Of a DNA stretch of 64,000 nt, positions 1-8,449 are shown piece by piece. The translations under genes and the position numbers were made by a program. Source of the DNA: Alphaproteobacteria bacterium (GTDB taxonomy: Bacteria; Pseudomonadota; Alphaproteobacteria; Caulobacterales; Parvularculaceae); NCBI GenBank assembly GCA_016125425.1, contig WGLT01000008.1, positions 11,445 to 75,444 of the forward strand, written 5' to 3'. Every line of letters starts with the position of its first letter. Within the stretch, counting starts at the first letter, position 1. The notes below the pieces were generated by a model. The model ran no database searches. It was not told the origin of the DNA and was given only the letters and a program-made list of their open reading frames with translations.

Positions 1-504
1 GCCGGCGAGAATGCCGAGCGCCGATCCGATCGGAATGCCGAAGGAGTAAATGGCGAGCGCGCGCGAACGTTTCGACGGCGCGAAATAATCCGCGATCAAC
101 GAATAGGCGGGCGCGACGCCTCCTGCTTCGCCGACGCCGACGCCAAGCCGGGCGAAGAAGAGCTGGGTGAAATTCTGCGCCAACCCGCAAACGGCGGTCA
201 TCAGGCTCCATGCCGTGAGCGCGATCGTCATGATCCAGACGCGGTTTTTTCTGTCGGCGAGCCAGGCGATCGGTATGCCGAGCAAGGTGTAGAAAACCGC
301 GAAGGCGAGCCCGCCCATCAAACCGAGCTGTTTGTCCGAAAGGTGGAGCTCCGCCTTGATCGGAATGGCGAGAATTCCGATGATCTGGCGATCGAGAAAA
401 TTGAATGTGTAGACGACGACCAGGATAAACAGCACCCAGGCGCGATAAGCGGCGGACGCGCTCGTCGCGGCGGGCGGCGTCGTCGAGTCCGGACTATCCG
501 TCAA
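1..504 (-). CDS. MFS transporter (spinster-like), 5' part only; gene continues past the window start
   Basis: Not in the ORF track because it is open at the window edge. My minus-strand translation reads (TTG)TDSPDSTTPPAATSASAAYRAWVLFILVVVYTFNFLDRQIIGILAIPIKAELHLSDKQLGLMGGLAFAVFYTLLGIPIAWLADRKNRVW...FFARLGVGVGEAGG: hydrophobic helices plus an MFS loop motif D-R-x-N-R. The first in-frame start after an upstream TGA is TTG 502-504 (an in-frame GTG further in would truncate the first helix); it overlaps the hydrolase stop (ATTGA). Confidence 0.7.
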   Translation of the reverse strand, partial: MTDSPDSTTPPAATSASAAYRAWVLFILVVVYTFNFLDRQIIGILAIPIKAELHLSDKQLGLMGGLAFAVFYTLLGIPIAWLADRKNRVWIMTIALTAWSLMTAVCGLAQNFTQLFFARLGVGVGEAGGVAPAYSLIADYFAPSKRSRALAIYSFGIPIGSALGILAG

Positions 505-1442
505 TTCGACTCCCGCTCAAGGCTGTTCAGAAAATCAAGCGCGTCTCGGGCCGTGCGTTCCGGGTCTTCCTCCTGAGCGGCGTGCCCGACGCCGTCATAA
601 ACGATCAGACGCGCATTGGGGATCGCCTTTTGAACGCGCGCGCCCTGCTCTGCGGGAATCAGCCTGTCCATTGCGCCCCACTGGATGAGCGTCGGCGCAG
701 TGATCCTGGCGAGCTCCGCCGTCGGATCGGGCAGCACGAATTGCCGGATGGACTCCACGAACGCTTCTCCATTGCCGCGCCTGCGCATCATATCGCGCAG
801 CACGCGCAGCCGCGCTTCGGTGATCTTCGCGGGATCAGCATACACGATTTGCGCGCTCGCTTTCACCCCGGCCGCTGTCGGCCGTCGAAGATAAAGCTTC
901 ATCGCCGCCGGCGGCTCGACCGGTTCGTCCGTGACGCCGTTGAACGAATAGGCGCCGGGCGAGACCAGAAGGAGGCCCTTCACCCGGTCCGGGTTATGCG
1001 CGGCGAATCGCCAGGCGGCGAGGCCGCCGAGGGAATTGCCGGCGAGATAGGCCGAGCGGATTCCCAGCGCGTCCATGACCTCCCCGACAAAGGCCGCCCG
1101 CGCGGTCGGCGCGTAGCGCTTCTTCGGGTCGGGTCCGGTCAGACCGTGTCCGAGCAAATCATATCGGATGACGCGATATCGCCCCGAGAGCGTCGCCGCC
1201 CAGGCGTCCCAGCTTTCGAGGCTGTAGGTGAATCCGTGCAGCAGAATGACCGGCGGGGCGCCTTCCGGCCCCTCTTCGCGCACGCGCACGCGTGCGCCGC
1301 TGATGAGAATGAATCGATCATTCTTGGCGTATTTCCGCTCGAGCGCTGCAGGCGCGAGGCTGTTCGACCTTAGCAGGAATATGAGACCGACGATCGCCGC
1401 GGCGACCGCGAGCGCGAGTCCGATCCGCCAGTCAAAATACAT
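501..1442 (-). CDS. alpha/beta-fold hydrolase with N-terminal membrane anchor
   Basis: 313-aa ORF with ATG at 1440-1442. N-terminal hydrophobic helix, oxyanion motif VILLHGFTYS, nucleophile elbow G-N-S-L-G-G, C-terminal DGVGH. Confidence 0.85.
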   Translation of the reverse strand: MYFDWRIGLALAVAAAIVGLIFLLRSNSLAPAALERKYAKNDRFILISGARVRVREEGPEGAPPVILLHGFTYSLESWDAWAATLSGRYRVIRYDLLGHGLTGPDPKKRYAPTARAAFVGEVMDALGIRSAYLAGNSLGGLAAWRFAAHNPDRVKGLLLVSPGAYSFNGVTDEPVEPPAAMKLYLRRPTAAGVKASAQIVYADPAKITEARLRVLRDMMRRRGNGEAFVESIRQFVLPDPTAELARITAPTLIQWGAMDRLIPAEQGARVQKAIPNARLIVYDGVGHAAQEEDPERTARDALDFLNSLERESN

Positions 1443-1587
1443 CAGATCGCTCCCGCGCCGCGCGGCCCCCCGCCGCGAAGACCAAGACCGAAACCGCTCC
1501 CCTTGCGGGCCGGGTCAGGTCTTCAAGCGCCAGCGCGGCGCCGCTTCGGCGGGAAGGAGGCTCCGACGCGGCGCCGTGCTGGATTCG

Positions 1588-4014
1588 TTAGAACGCCACC
1601 TCAACGGTTCCGAGAACCTGACGCGGATCGCCGTAGAAGGCGGTCAGGACGCCGGTGACTCCGAGCGCCGAATTGCCGAAGGCCGGCAGCGAGGTGACGA
1701 AATCATAGCCCGCCACCTTGTAGCGCTTGTCCGTGAGGTTCGAGCCGTAAACCCCGAGCTTCCACCGGCCGGTGTCGTTCTTCCAGTAAACGCCGGCGTC
1801 GACGGTCGCATAAGCGGGCTGGTCGAGCGGGCCGGCATAGCCGAACTGGTGGGTCAGGCTCTTATAGGCGACCGCGCCGTAAAGGCTTGTCCGGCCGTCC
1901 TTGCCCATCAGGCCCATCGGCGCCGAATAGGTCACGCGGTTATAGGCGTTCCATTTCGGCGTGTTCTGGAAAACGGCGACATTGGTGATGTCGGGCGGCG
2001 GCGAACCGCGGCCGAGATATTTCGTGTAGGCTGCGTTGATGTAGCCCATCGAGAACTGCCAATCGAGCGAGTCCCCGCCGCCGAAGACATTCTCCGCAAC
2101 ATGGGCGGCGCCCTCAAACTCAACGCCGTAGATGCGCGCCTTCGCGGCGTTCGTCGTCACGCCGGCGAAAGTGTCCGCCTGGCCGTCGCCATTGGTGTCG
2201 ACTCCGACCGAGCCGGGCACCTGAACGTCCTTGTAGTCGCTGTAGAAGAAGTCGAGCGCCGAGTGGAAATTGCCGTCAAACAGCGAGTTTTTCCATCCGA
2301 CCTCATAGGTCGAGATATTTTCCGGCTGGAACAGGCAGAAGGCGCGCTGATCGGCGACGTCTCCGGCCGCGCCTGAAACGCCGTCGCCATTGATGTCCGG
2401 CGCCGTCGAAGCGACGCAGCGCGGATCAAACCCGCCGCTTTTGAAGCCCTGCGCATAGGAGAAATAGAACGTATTCTCCGCATTGGGCGTGAAGGTGAGC
2501 GACGCTCTCGGGCTGAAGTCGTGGAACTCGGCTTCCGCGCTGAGATCGGTTTGCGTCAAGAAGGGCGCGCGATCCGGACCGCCGAAGGTCGGGGAAAAGC
2601 CGCCGAGATAGATGTCGCGATTGATCGTCGCGTCGCGTCGGTCATTGGTGTAGCGCCCGCCGACCGACAGCGACCACATATCCGAAAGATCGAACGTCCA
2701 GTCGCCGAAGATCGACCAGGTATGCGTGTTCGCCGCGCTTGAGGTGAACACGTTGAGCGCGGCCGTCGGATCGAGCGTCGTCCCGCCGAGGAGCACGTCG
2801 AATTTCGTCAGCGCATAAGCGTCGAGATAATAGAAGCCGATGATCCCGTGAATGCGGTTGGCTTCGTATAGGATCTGGAACTCCTCGCTAAGCTGGTTGT
2901 TGTCATAAATCGCCGGCACGTCGAGATCGACATAAGGCAGGCTGTCGAAGTCGATCGGCGTATTGGTGCGATCGGAGCGATAGGCGAGTATGTTTTTAAG
3001 CGTGAAGTGTTCGCTCGTCTTCCATTGCATGACGCTCGAAACGCCGTTGGCGACGACGCTCTGTTTCGGCGTGTTGAGCCCGGACATCGTATCGTAGACA
3101 TTGCTCAGCACCGGATAGGAGATCATTCTCCCGGCGTCAGTGAAGGCGAGAAGGCGATGGCCTTGGCGCGGCGCCGAATTGTCGTCCGTCCAGTCCCCCG
3201 TGATCTTGAGCGAGAAATTGTTCGTCGGATCCCATTCGGTCGACAGCCGGCCCGCGAGAACCTTCTTGTTGTAGTTCGGCAGATCGCCCGAGCCGAGATA
3301 GATGTTATGGCCGAAACCGCCATGGCTGAGATAGGCGATCGAACCGCCGAGCTTCAGATCGCCGATCGCCGAATCTTTCGCGATGGGCAGATTAAAGGTG
3401 CCGACGCCGTCGAATTCGCCATGCGTCCCGCCCGTGAGCTTGACGTCGAGCGAAGGATCGTCCGTCAGCGGCTTGGTCACGTATTTGACCGCGCCGCCGA
3501 TCGTGTTGCGGCCGTAAAGCGTGCCCTGCGGACCGCGCAGAACCTCGATGCGCTGAACGTCGAAGATATCGAGAAGCGCCGCTTGCGGACGGTTGAGATA
3601 AACGTCGTCGATATAGACGCCGACGCCCGCCTCGAACCCGGCGACCGGGTCTTGCTGGCCGACGCCGCGAATAAAGGCGGTCAAGGTCGAATTGGTGCTG
3701 CGCGACGTCTTCAGCGTGATGTTCGGCGACAGATCGCCCACCGCCGTAAGGTCCTGCGCGTTGATGTCGGACAGCTGTTCGCCGCTGAAGGCCGACACCG
3801 CGATCGGGACTTTTTGCAGGCTCTCCTCCCGCCGGCGGGCCGAAACGATGATCGCCTCGTCCGAATTCGCTTTGGCTTGATCGGCCGAAGTCTGACCGGT
3901 CTCGACGCCTTGGGCGAACGCGCCCCCCGCCGCGCCTGCCGCCAGCGCGATCAGCGAACAGAAACCGAGAATTCGATTTCTGCGCGAAGCAAACCCCTTT
4001 GTTCCGTTTGCCAT
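1588..4014 (-). CDS. TonB-dependent receptor
   Basis: ORF 1588..4209 trimmed to ATG 4012-4014 (MANGTKGFASRRNRILGFCSLIALAAGAAGGAFAQG signal peptide), preceded by a GGGAGGG SD. Plug motifs IIVSARRREESLQKVPIAVSAF, FIRGVGQ, RIEVLRGPQGTLYGRNTIGGAVKY; terminal aromatic residue (..VAF). Confidence 0.9.
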   Translation of the reverse strand: MANGTKGFASRRNRILGFCSLIALAAGAAGGAFAQGVETGQTSADQAKANSDEAIIVSARRREESLQKVPIAVSAFSGEQLSDINAQDLTAVGDLSPNITLKTSRSTNSTLTAFIRGVGQQDPVAGFEAGVGVYIDDVYLNRPQAALLDIFDVQRIEVLRGPQGTLYGRNTIGGAVKYVTKPLTDDPSLDVKLTGGTHGEFDGVGTFNLPIAKDSAIGDLKLGGSIAYLSHGGFGHNIYLGSGDLPNYNKKVLAGRLSTEWDPTNNFSLKITGDWTDDNSAPRQGHRLLAFTDAGRMISYPVLSNVYDTMSGLNTPKQSVVANGVSSVMQWKTSEHFTLKNILAYRSDRTNTPIDFDSLPYVDLDVPAIYDNNQLSEEFQILYEANRIHGIIGFYYLDAYALTKFDVLLGGTTLDPTAALNVFTSSAANTHTWSIFGDWTFDLSDMWSLSVGGRYTNDRRDATINRDIYLGGFSPTFGGPDRAPFLTQTDLSAEAEFHDFSPRASLTFTPNAENTFYFSYAQGFKSGGFDPRCVASTAPDINGDGVSGAAGDVADQRAFCLFQPENISTYEVGWKNSLFDGNFHSALDFFYSDYKDVQVPGSVGVDTNGDGQADTFAGVTTNAAKARIYGVEFEGAAHVAENVFGGGDSLDWQFSMGYINAAYTKYLGRGSPPPDITNVAVFQNTPKWNAYNRVTYSAPMGLMGKDGRTSLYGAVAYKSLTHQFGYAGPLDQPAYATVDAGVYWKNDTGRWKLGVYGSNLTDKRYKVAGYDFVTSLPAFGNSALGVTGVLTAFYGDPRQVLGTVEVAF

Positions 4015-4059
4015 ATATCCCTCCCTAGGCTTTTTCCACGCATGCCCTCGAGCGAAAAT

Positions 4060-4125
4060 GTTACAAACAGCCTCGGGACAACGCCATGACGCAAAGGATC
4101 GCGTTAGGTGGACATTTTCGCTCAT
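4060..4125 (-). promoter_or_regulatory. conserved upstream block of TonB-receptor gene 1 (copy A)
   Basis: GTTACAAACAGCCTCGGGACAACGCCATGACGCAAAGGATCGCGTTAGGTGGACATTTTCGCTCAT aligns without gaps to 8372..8437. Most positions are identical by eye, with a shared core CGCCATGACGC-AA-GATCGC and TTCGCTCAT. Confidence 0.5.
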
Positions 4126-4148
4126 CCGCCGCCGCGCATCAGCGCGCA

Positions 4149-4500
4149 TCAGAAGGAGGAATGGTCTGAAAGGCGCTTGATATAAGCCCGCGGCGTCAGC
4201 CCGTTCCATTCCCTGAAGGCGCGATTGAAGCTGCGGAAGTCGGAAAATCCGAGCGCTTCTGCGATGTCGGCGATGGGCCGGTTCCGGCGCAGCAGCGATT
4301 GCGCGGTCCCGTTCAGGATTTCCTTGCGGATTTCGCGAAAGCTCGCGCCCTCCTCCGAAAGCCGCCGGCGCAGCGTCGCCACGCTGACCCCGAGAGCGCG
4401 CGCGACGCCGCGCTGATCGACAACGCCCTTGCGCATTTGTTCGCGCACGGCCGAAGCGGTCCCGAAGGATCGCCGGCCGCTCATGCTCCGCGCCTCGGCC
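4149..4500. repeat. segmental duplication, copy of 8450..8801 (AraC 3' half)
   Basis: Ungapped nucleotide alignment at offset 4301. Long identical runs, e.g. GCTGCGGAAGTCGGAAAATCCGAGCGCTTCTGCGATGTCGGCGATGGGCCGGTTCCGGCGCAGCAGCG. Confidence 0.85.
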
Positions 4501-4568
4501 ATCTCAGCCGCGCGCCCGCAAACTTCGCCGGCCCTTAGGCCCGCCGAACACAGCCGCGCCGCCCGCAA
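4149..4568 (-). CDS. AraC-family HTH-domain protein, truncated paralogue of 8450..9541 (possible pseudogene)
   Basis: 139-aa ORF. The last ~102 aa (ASAVREQMRKGVVDQ...FSDFRSFNRAFREWNGLTPRAY) match the C-terminus of the 363-aa AraC regulator at 8450..9541 at 90/102 residues by my manual count. The N-terminal ligand/dimerisation domain is absent. Start codon uncertain. Confidence 0.55.
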   Translation of the reverse strand: MRAARLCSAGLRAGEVCGRAAEMAEARSMSGRRSFGTASAVREQMRKGVVDQRGVARALGVSVATLRRRLSEEGASFREIRKEILNGTAQSLLRRNRPIADIAEALGFSDFRSFNRAFREWNGLTPRAYIKRLSDHSSF

Positions 4569-4638
4569 CCGCAGGACGGATCTGAAGCTCCGGAATCACG
4601 CGGCGCCCCGGCCCGGCCCGCCCGGACATGGGCGGCGC

Positions 4639-5895
4639 CTAAGGCGCCGCCAGCCATTGTTCGATCTTGCTCGTCGAGGGCGTGTCCCACCCTAGCTCCA
4701 GATGATTGACCGCGACCGTCGCGTCGCCGCCGTCATTCGTGATGCCGGTCGTATCCCTGCAACTGGCGATAAAGACCACGCCGTCGGACGGGCCCGTGTG
4801 CTCATTGTGGAACAAAGCGATGTCAGCCTGATTTCCGCACAGATTGTGCACGACGACGCCGGCGGGAGTCGGGCTCGTCCGTACAAGGTCAATCAGAGAA
4901 TCGCCGAGATAGGCGGTGATTCCGGGGCTATGGGTGTAAAAGCCGAAGCCGCCATAATAGGTCGTATACCAATCCTGGTCCGTTGCGGCGGGCGGATAAA
5001 CGCTGTCCCAGCGCTTGAGAAGCTGTTTCGATCCCGGGAAATAGGACGAGCCGTAGGTCCATTCGCCGCCGTCAATCCAGAATCCGTAACAGACGAGCAT
5101 GTCGTTCGGCACGGGTCCGTCAATGGAGCCGCCGCATTCCGGATAGACGGTCAGGCTGAAGGACCAGCCATGACGAAACGACAGGTCGATTCCATTGTTG
5201 GCCGCTCCGAGAAGAATGAGCCTGCGGACGTCTCCGCGATAAGACGTTCCCCAGGATTTCTTCACTGAGGACACATACATTCGCGCGCTCGTCGTCGACT
5301 TCGACCACGCGATCACATCGACGGACGATGCGCCTGTCCGCGACTTGATGATGGAGATGGCGTCGGCGATCTGCTCCGCCCAGAAATAGCTGTCGCCGTT
5401 CTTGTGCGGGAAATTTATGGCGAACACTTTATAGCCGTCGCCGGTCAAGATTTGCATCAGCCCGCTTGTCGGGCAGGACGGACGCCCGCACCCATATCCG
5501 CCCGCCTCATTCGGATTCGCCCAGGCGAGATCGGCGTCCTGATTGGCGCCGTGCGCGAGCAGCACCGGAACGGCGTTCGGATTGGTGTCCCAGCCGGGCG
5601 CGTAATACATGAGAAACTTCGACGAGCGCGGACTTCCGTCATTGGCGAAGAATGTTTTTCGTTGGCCGCTTTGATCGCCCCGGCCGTCGGGCGGAAAGGC
5701 TTCCTGGGTGAAACCCGACGCGCCGTCATCCCAACGTTCGACCCGCACCCACCCGTTTGAGATGCCGGATGTATAGGTCTGTTCGAGGGTTAGCGGGCCG
5801 GCGTTCGCAGACCCGGCGAAGAGCGCCAGCCCGATCGTCGCGCCGGCGATGATTTTTGAAATGATACTCGCGACACAGCGTGCTGATTTATCCAT
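4639..5895 (-). CDS. secreted lipase/esterase-like alpha/beta hydrolase
   Basis: 418-aa ORF. Signal peptide MDKSARCVASIISKIIAGATIGLALFAGSANA. LLAHGANQDA (oxyanion-type HG), VIAWSKSTTSA (A-x-S-x-S elbow variant), GPSDGVV and VNHLELGW as candidate Asp/His of a triad. Confidence 0.65.
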   Translation of the reverse strand: MDKSARCVASIISKIIAGATIGLALFAGSANAGPLTLEQTYTSGISNGWVRVERWDDGASGFTQEAFPPDGRGDQSGQRKTFFANDGSPRSSKFLMYYAPGWDTNPNAVPVLLAHGANQDADLAWANPNEAGGYGCGRPSCPTSGLMQILTGDGYKVFAINFPHKNGDSYFWAEQIADAISIIKSRTGASSVDVIAWSKSTTSARMYVSSVKKSWGTSYRGDVRRLILLGAANNGIDLSFRHGWSFSLTVYPECGGSIDGPVPNDMLVCYGFWIDGGEWTYGSSYFPGSKQLLKRWDSVYPPAATDQDWYTTYYGGFGFYTHSPGITAYLGDSLIDLVRTSPTPAGVVVHNLCGNQADIALFHNEHTGPSDGVVFIASCRDTTGITNDGGDATVAVNHLELGWDTPSTSKIEQWLAAP

Positions 5896-5964
5896 GATTT
5901 CCTCCGGACTCAGCCGTTGCTTGGCATGCAGCGATCTTGCTTTTTCTCCGTCGCGCGGCCGTCC

Positions 5965-5999
5965 GGCGCGCTGCGCCCATGCGCGGGGCTCAGCGCGCC
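5965..5999 (-). terminator. GC-rich hairpin downstream of TonB-receptor gene 2
   Basis: GGCGCGCTG (5965-5973) pairs perfectly with CAGCGCGCC (5991-5999) around a 17-nt loop, 10 nt after the receptor stop. No clear U-run. Confidence 0.35.
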
Positions 6000-6008
6000 G
6001 TCACGGCG

Positions 6009-8324
6009 TCAATACTGGTAGATCAGTTTGAAGTCGTAAGTCCGCGGGGCCGCGTAGAAGCCCAGTTGAACGCCCGGGAATTCGGAGAGATTGAACCCCT
6101 GGACGCGAACGGCGCGATCGGTCGCGTTCTTGACGCCGGCGCGGAACTCCCACCGTTCGTCGGCCGTTTTCAATCCGACAAAGGCGTTCAAGAGCGCATA
6201 GCGCCGCTGCGTCAGAACGGGGGACGCTGTAATCTCCGTCGCGGCCGTCCCGCGATAAGCGCCGTCGACATGCAGGGTCGCGACAAAGCCCGTCGCAATC
6301 GGCTGCTCGTAAGTCGCCCCCAGGCTCGCATTCCATTTCGGCGAGTTCACCATCGCGCGGCTGCTGACATCCGTCACCACGCCGCCGATCAGCGTTTCGA
6401 ATTTCTTGTACTTCGCATCAAGGAACCCGACTGTTCCTGTTATCGAAAGCCGATCGGTGGGATTGGCGTAGACCTCGAGTTCGACGCCCTGCGTGCGCGC
6501 GCGCGCGGCGTTCGTAAACAGACTGACAAACGCGCCGGAATCGGGATCGGCGCCGAAGGATGTCACCTGCAAGTCTGTGTAGTCATTGTAAAAATAGGCG
6601 GCGTTCGCAATCAGCGCCCCGTCGAACCACGTCGTTTTCAGGCCGCCTTCATAGCTCCAGACGAATTCCGGCTTGAATGGCTGGAAACCGAATTGCGTCG
6701 TCGCCCTGCCGTCGAATCCGCCGCTTTTGAAACCGCGGGACACCGTCGCGTAAAGGAAAGCGGAATCCGTCGGTCGGTATGAGAGGGAGAATTTCGGCGT
6801 GAGCGCGTCGAAGTCCGCCGCGCCGGAAATCGGCGCGCCGGGAACCCCCGCTCCTTGCAGGAAGGGGGGCGTGTTTTTTATCACCGAAATGGCGGGATCG
6901 AAGAAATTTTCAAAAGAGCGCGCGGAGCTGCGTTTTTCATAAGTGTATCGCAGCCCGGCGCTCGCCTCGATGCGATCCGTCAATTTCAGCGCGGCGTCCG
7001 CAAACGCCGCATAGGAGTTCGTGATCTGGCGCGTATCGGCGAGACTGGACGAAGGAAATCCGAAGGCGATCACCGGAAACCCGAAAATGGTCGCCGCGCC
7101 GTCATCGAATCCGGAGAATGTGTCGTCGTCATCGTGGAAATAATACAGCCCGCCCGTGAATGTCAGCGGGCCGCCGCCGTCATACAAAGCGCGCAATTCC
7201 TGACTGGCCTGAAACTCGTCCTGACGAAGCAGGATATCCAGGATCGGCAAGGGCGAGCCATCGGTGTCGAGATTGAGGTCGAATTTGAATTTCCTGTAGG
7301 ACGATATGGATTCGATGGTAAGGGAGTCGCTCGCCTTGTACCGCGAGGTCAGCGCAACGCCGTAGGCGGAGATATCCGAAAGCCCGTTGGCGTTGACATT
7401 GACTTTGTACGGATCGGCGCTCGCAGGGAAAGTCACGAGCAAGGTCGGGTCTGTCGGATCCGGCGCGCCTGTGATCGACGTTTCGAGAACGGGACTGCGC
7501 GAGGTGTGCGGCCGATCGACCCGTCCGTCGATTGAAAGACGAAATTCAAGTCGATCGGTCGGCGTATATCGCAGCGCCCCCCGGCCGGCGAAAGACCGGA
7601 AGTCGCCGTCGTCCTGGCCGTCATAGGCGTTCCGGCTGAAACCGTCGCGCCGCTGTGCGGAGAACGCGATTTTGCCGCGCAGAACGCCCGGCGAGATCGG
7701 CCCGCCGACGCTTCCCTTCAATTCCCGGGAATTGAAGTTGCCGACGCCGCCTTCGAGATAGGCGTGAAAATCATCTGGCGGCTGTTTGGAGACAAATTTC
7801 ACCGCGCCGCCAATCGTGTTTCGCCCGTAAAGCGTTCCCTGGGGCCCGCGCAGCACTTCGACGCGATCGACGTCGAAAAGCTCAAGAAAAGCCGCCTGCG
7901 AGCGGGCGATGAAAACGTCATCGACATAAACGCCGACGCCCGGATCGGCGAAGGCGAGGGAATCATTCTGGCCGATCCCCCGAATGTAGATCACGGCGTT
8001 CGAAGCGTCGCCCTGATCGAGATACAGATTCGGCGTCGCATACTGAATTCCCGACAGCAGATCGGCCTGCAATTCCTCGACCCGTTTGTCATTGAAAGCC
8101 GAAACGGCGACCGGCGTCGTCTCGATCGACTCAGCGCGCCGCCGCGCGGTGACGATCATCGTCTCGTCCTGGCCGACGCCTTTTGCGCGCGCTGAATCCG
8201 CCGCCGAGTCCGCGCCGCTTTGCGCCGCAGCCCCGCCCGCGCACGCCGTCGCAAGCGAAATGACAGAGCAAAAGCCGATGATTTGATTCTTCCGGATGAG
8301 CTTTATTGATTTCCCGCGACCCAT
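6009..8324 (-). CDS. TonB-dependent receptor
   Basis: 771-aa ORF. Signal peptide ..GFCSVISLATACAGGAAAQS. Plug motifs MIVTARRRAESIETTPVAVSAF, YIRGIGQ, RVEVLRGPQGTLYGRNTIGGAVKF; C-terminal ..LIYQY. Confidence 0.9.
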   Translation of the reverse strand: MGRGKSIKLIRKNQIIGFCSVISLATACAGGAAAQSGADSAADSARAKGVGQDETMIVTARRRAESIETTPVAVSAFNDKRVEELQADLLSGIQYATPNLYLDQGDASNAVIYIRGIGQNDSLAFADPGVGVYVDDVFIARSQAAFLELFDVDRVEVLRGPQGTLYGRNTIGGAVKFVSKQPPDDFHAYLEGGVGNFNSRELKGSVGGPISPGVLRGKIAFSAQRRDGFSRNAYDGQDDGDFRSFAGRGALRYTPTDRLEFRLSIDGRVDRPHTSRSPVLETSITGAPDPTDPTLLVTFPASADPYKVNVNANGLSDISAYGVALTSRYKASDSLTIESISSYRKFKFDLNLDTDGSPLPILDILLRQDEFQASQELRALYDGGGPLTFTGGLYYFHDDDDTFSGFDDGAATIFGFPVIAFGFPSSSLADTRQITNSYAAFADAALKLTDRIEASAGLRYTYEKRSSARSFENFFDPAISVIKNTPPFLQGAGVPGAPISGAADFDALTPKFSLSYRPTDSAFLYATVSRGFKSGGFDGRATTQFGFQPFKPEFVWSYEGGLKTTWFDGALIANAAYFYNDYTDLQVTSFGADPDSGAFVSLFTNAARARTQGVELEVYANPTDRLSITGTVGFLDAKYKKFETLIGGVVTDVSSRAMVNSPKWNASLGATYEQPIATGFVATLHVDGAYRGTAATEITASPVLTQRRYALLNAFVGLKTADERWEFRAGVKNATDRAVRVQGFNLSEFPGVQLGFYAAPRTYDFKLIYQY

Positions 8325-8371
8325 TCTATGGCTCCTCCCACAGGACTTTTTCTTGTCCTCTTACGCAGGAG

Positions 8372-8437
8372 GTTAGAAACGGTCTTCGGATGGCGCCATG
8401 ACGCGAAAGATCGCCGCGGGTGGGCAAATTCGCTCAT
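8372..8437 (-). promoter_or_regulatory. conserved upstream block of TonB-receptor gene 2 (copy B)
   Basis: GTTAGAAACGGTCTTCGGATGGCGCCATGACGCGAAAGATCGCCGCGGGTGGGCAAATTCGCTCAT. Same position relative to the AraC stop and receptor start as copy A. Confidence 0.5.
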
Positions 8438-8449
8438 GCGGGAATCCAA

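Noticed and set aside
4015-4148. Riboswitch (cobalamin, TPP or other) in the leaders of the two TonB-receptor genes.
   Set aside because: I found no B12-box-like or TPP-core-like sequence by eye. The conserved block is reported as an unexplained regulatory element instead. A covariance-model scan would be needed to exclude this fully.
1588-4209. N-terminal extensions offered by the ORF track for several genes (receptor 1 to 4209, gatA to 19280, rnr from 27736, NhaC to 50897, aminotransferase from 33100, CoA-transferase to 31727, and others).
   Set aside because: The extensions are Arg/Pro-rich, overlap neighbouring genes or promoters and lack SD sequences. Internal starts with SD motifs give N-termini typical of each family.
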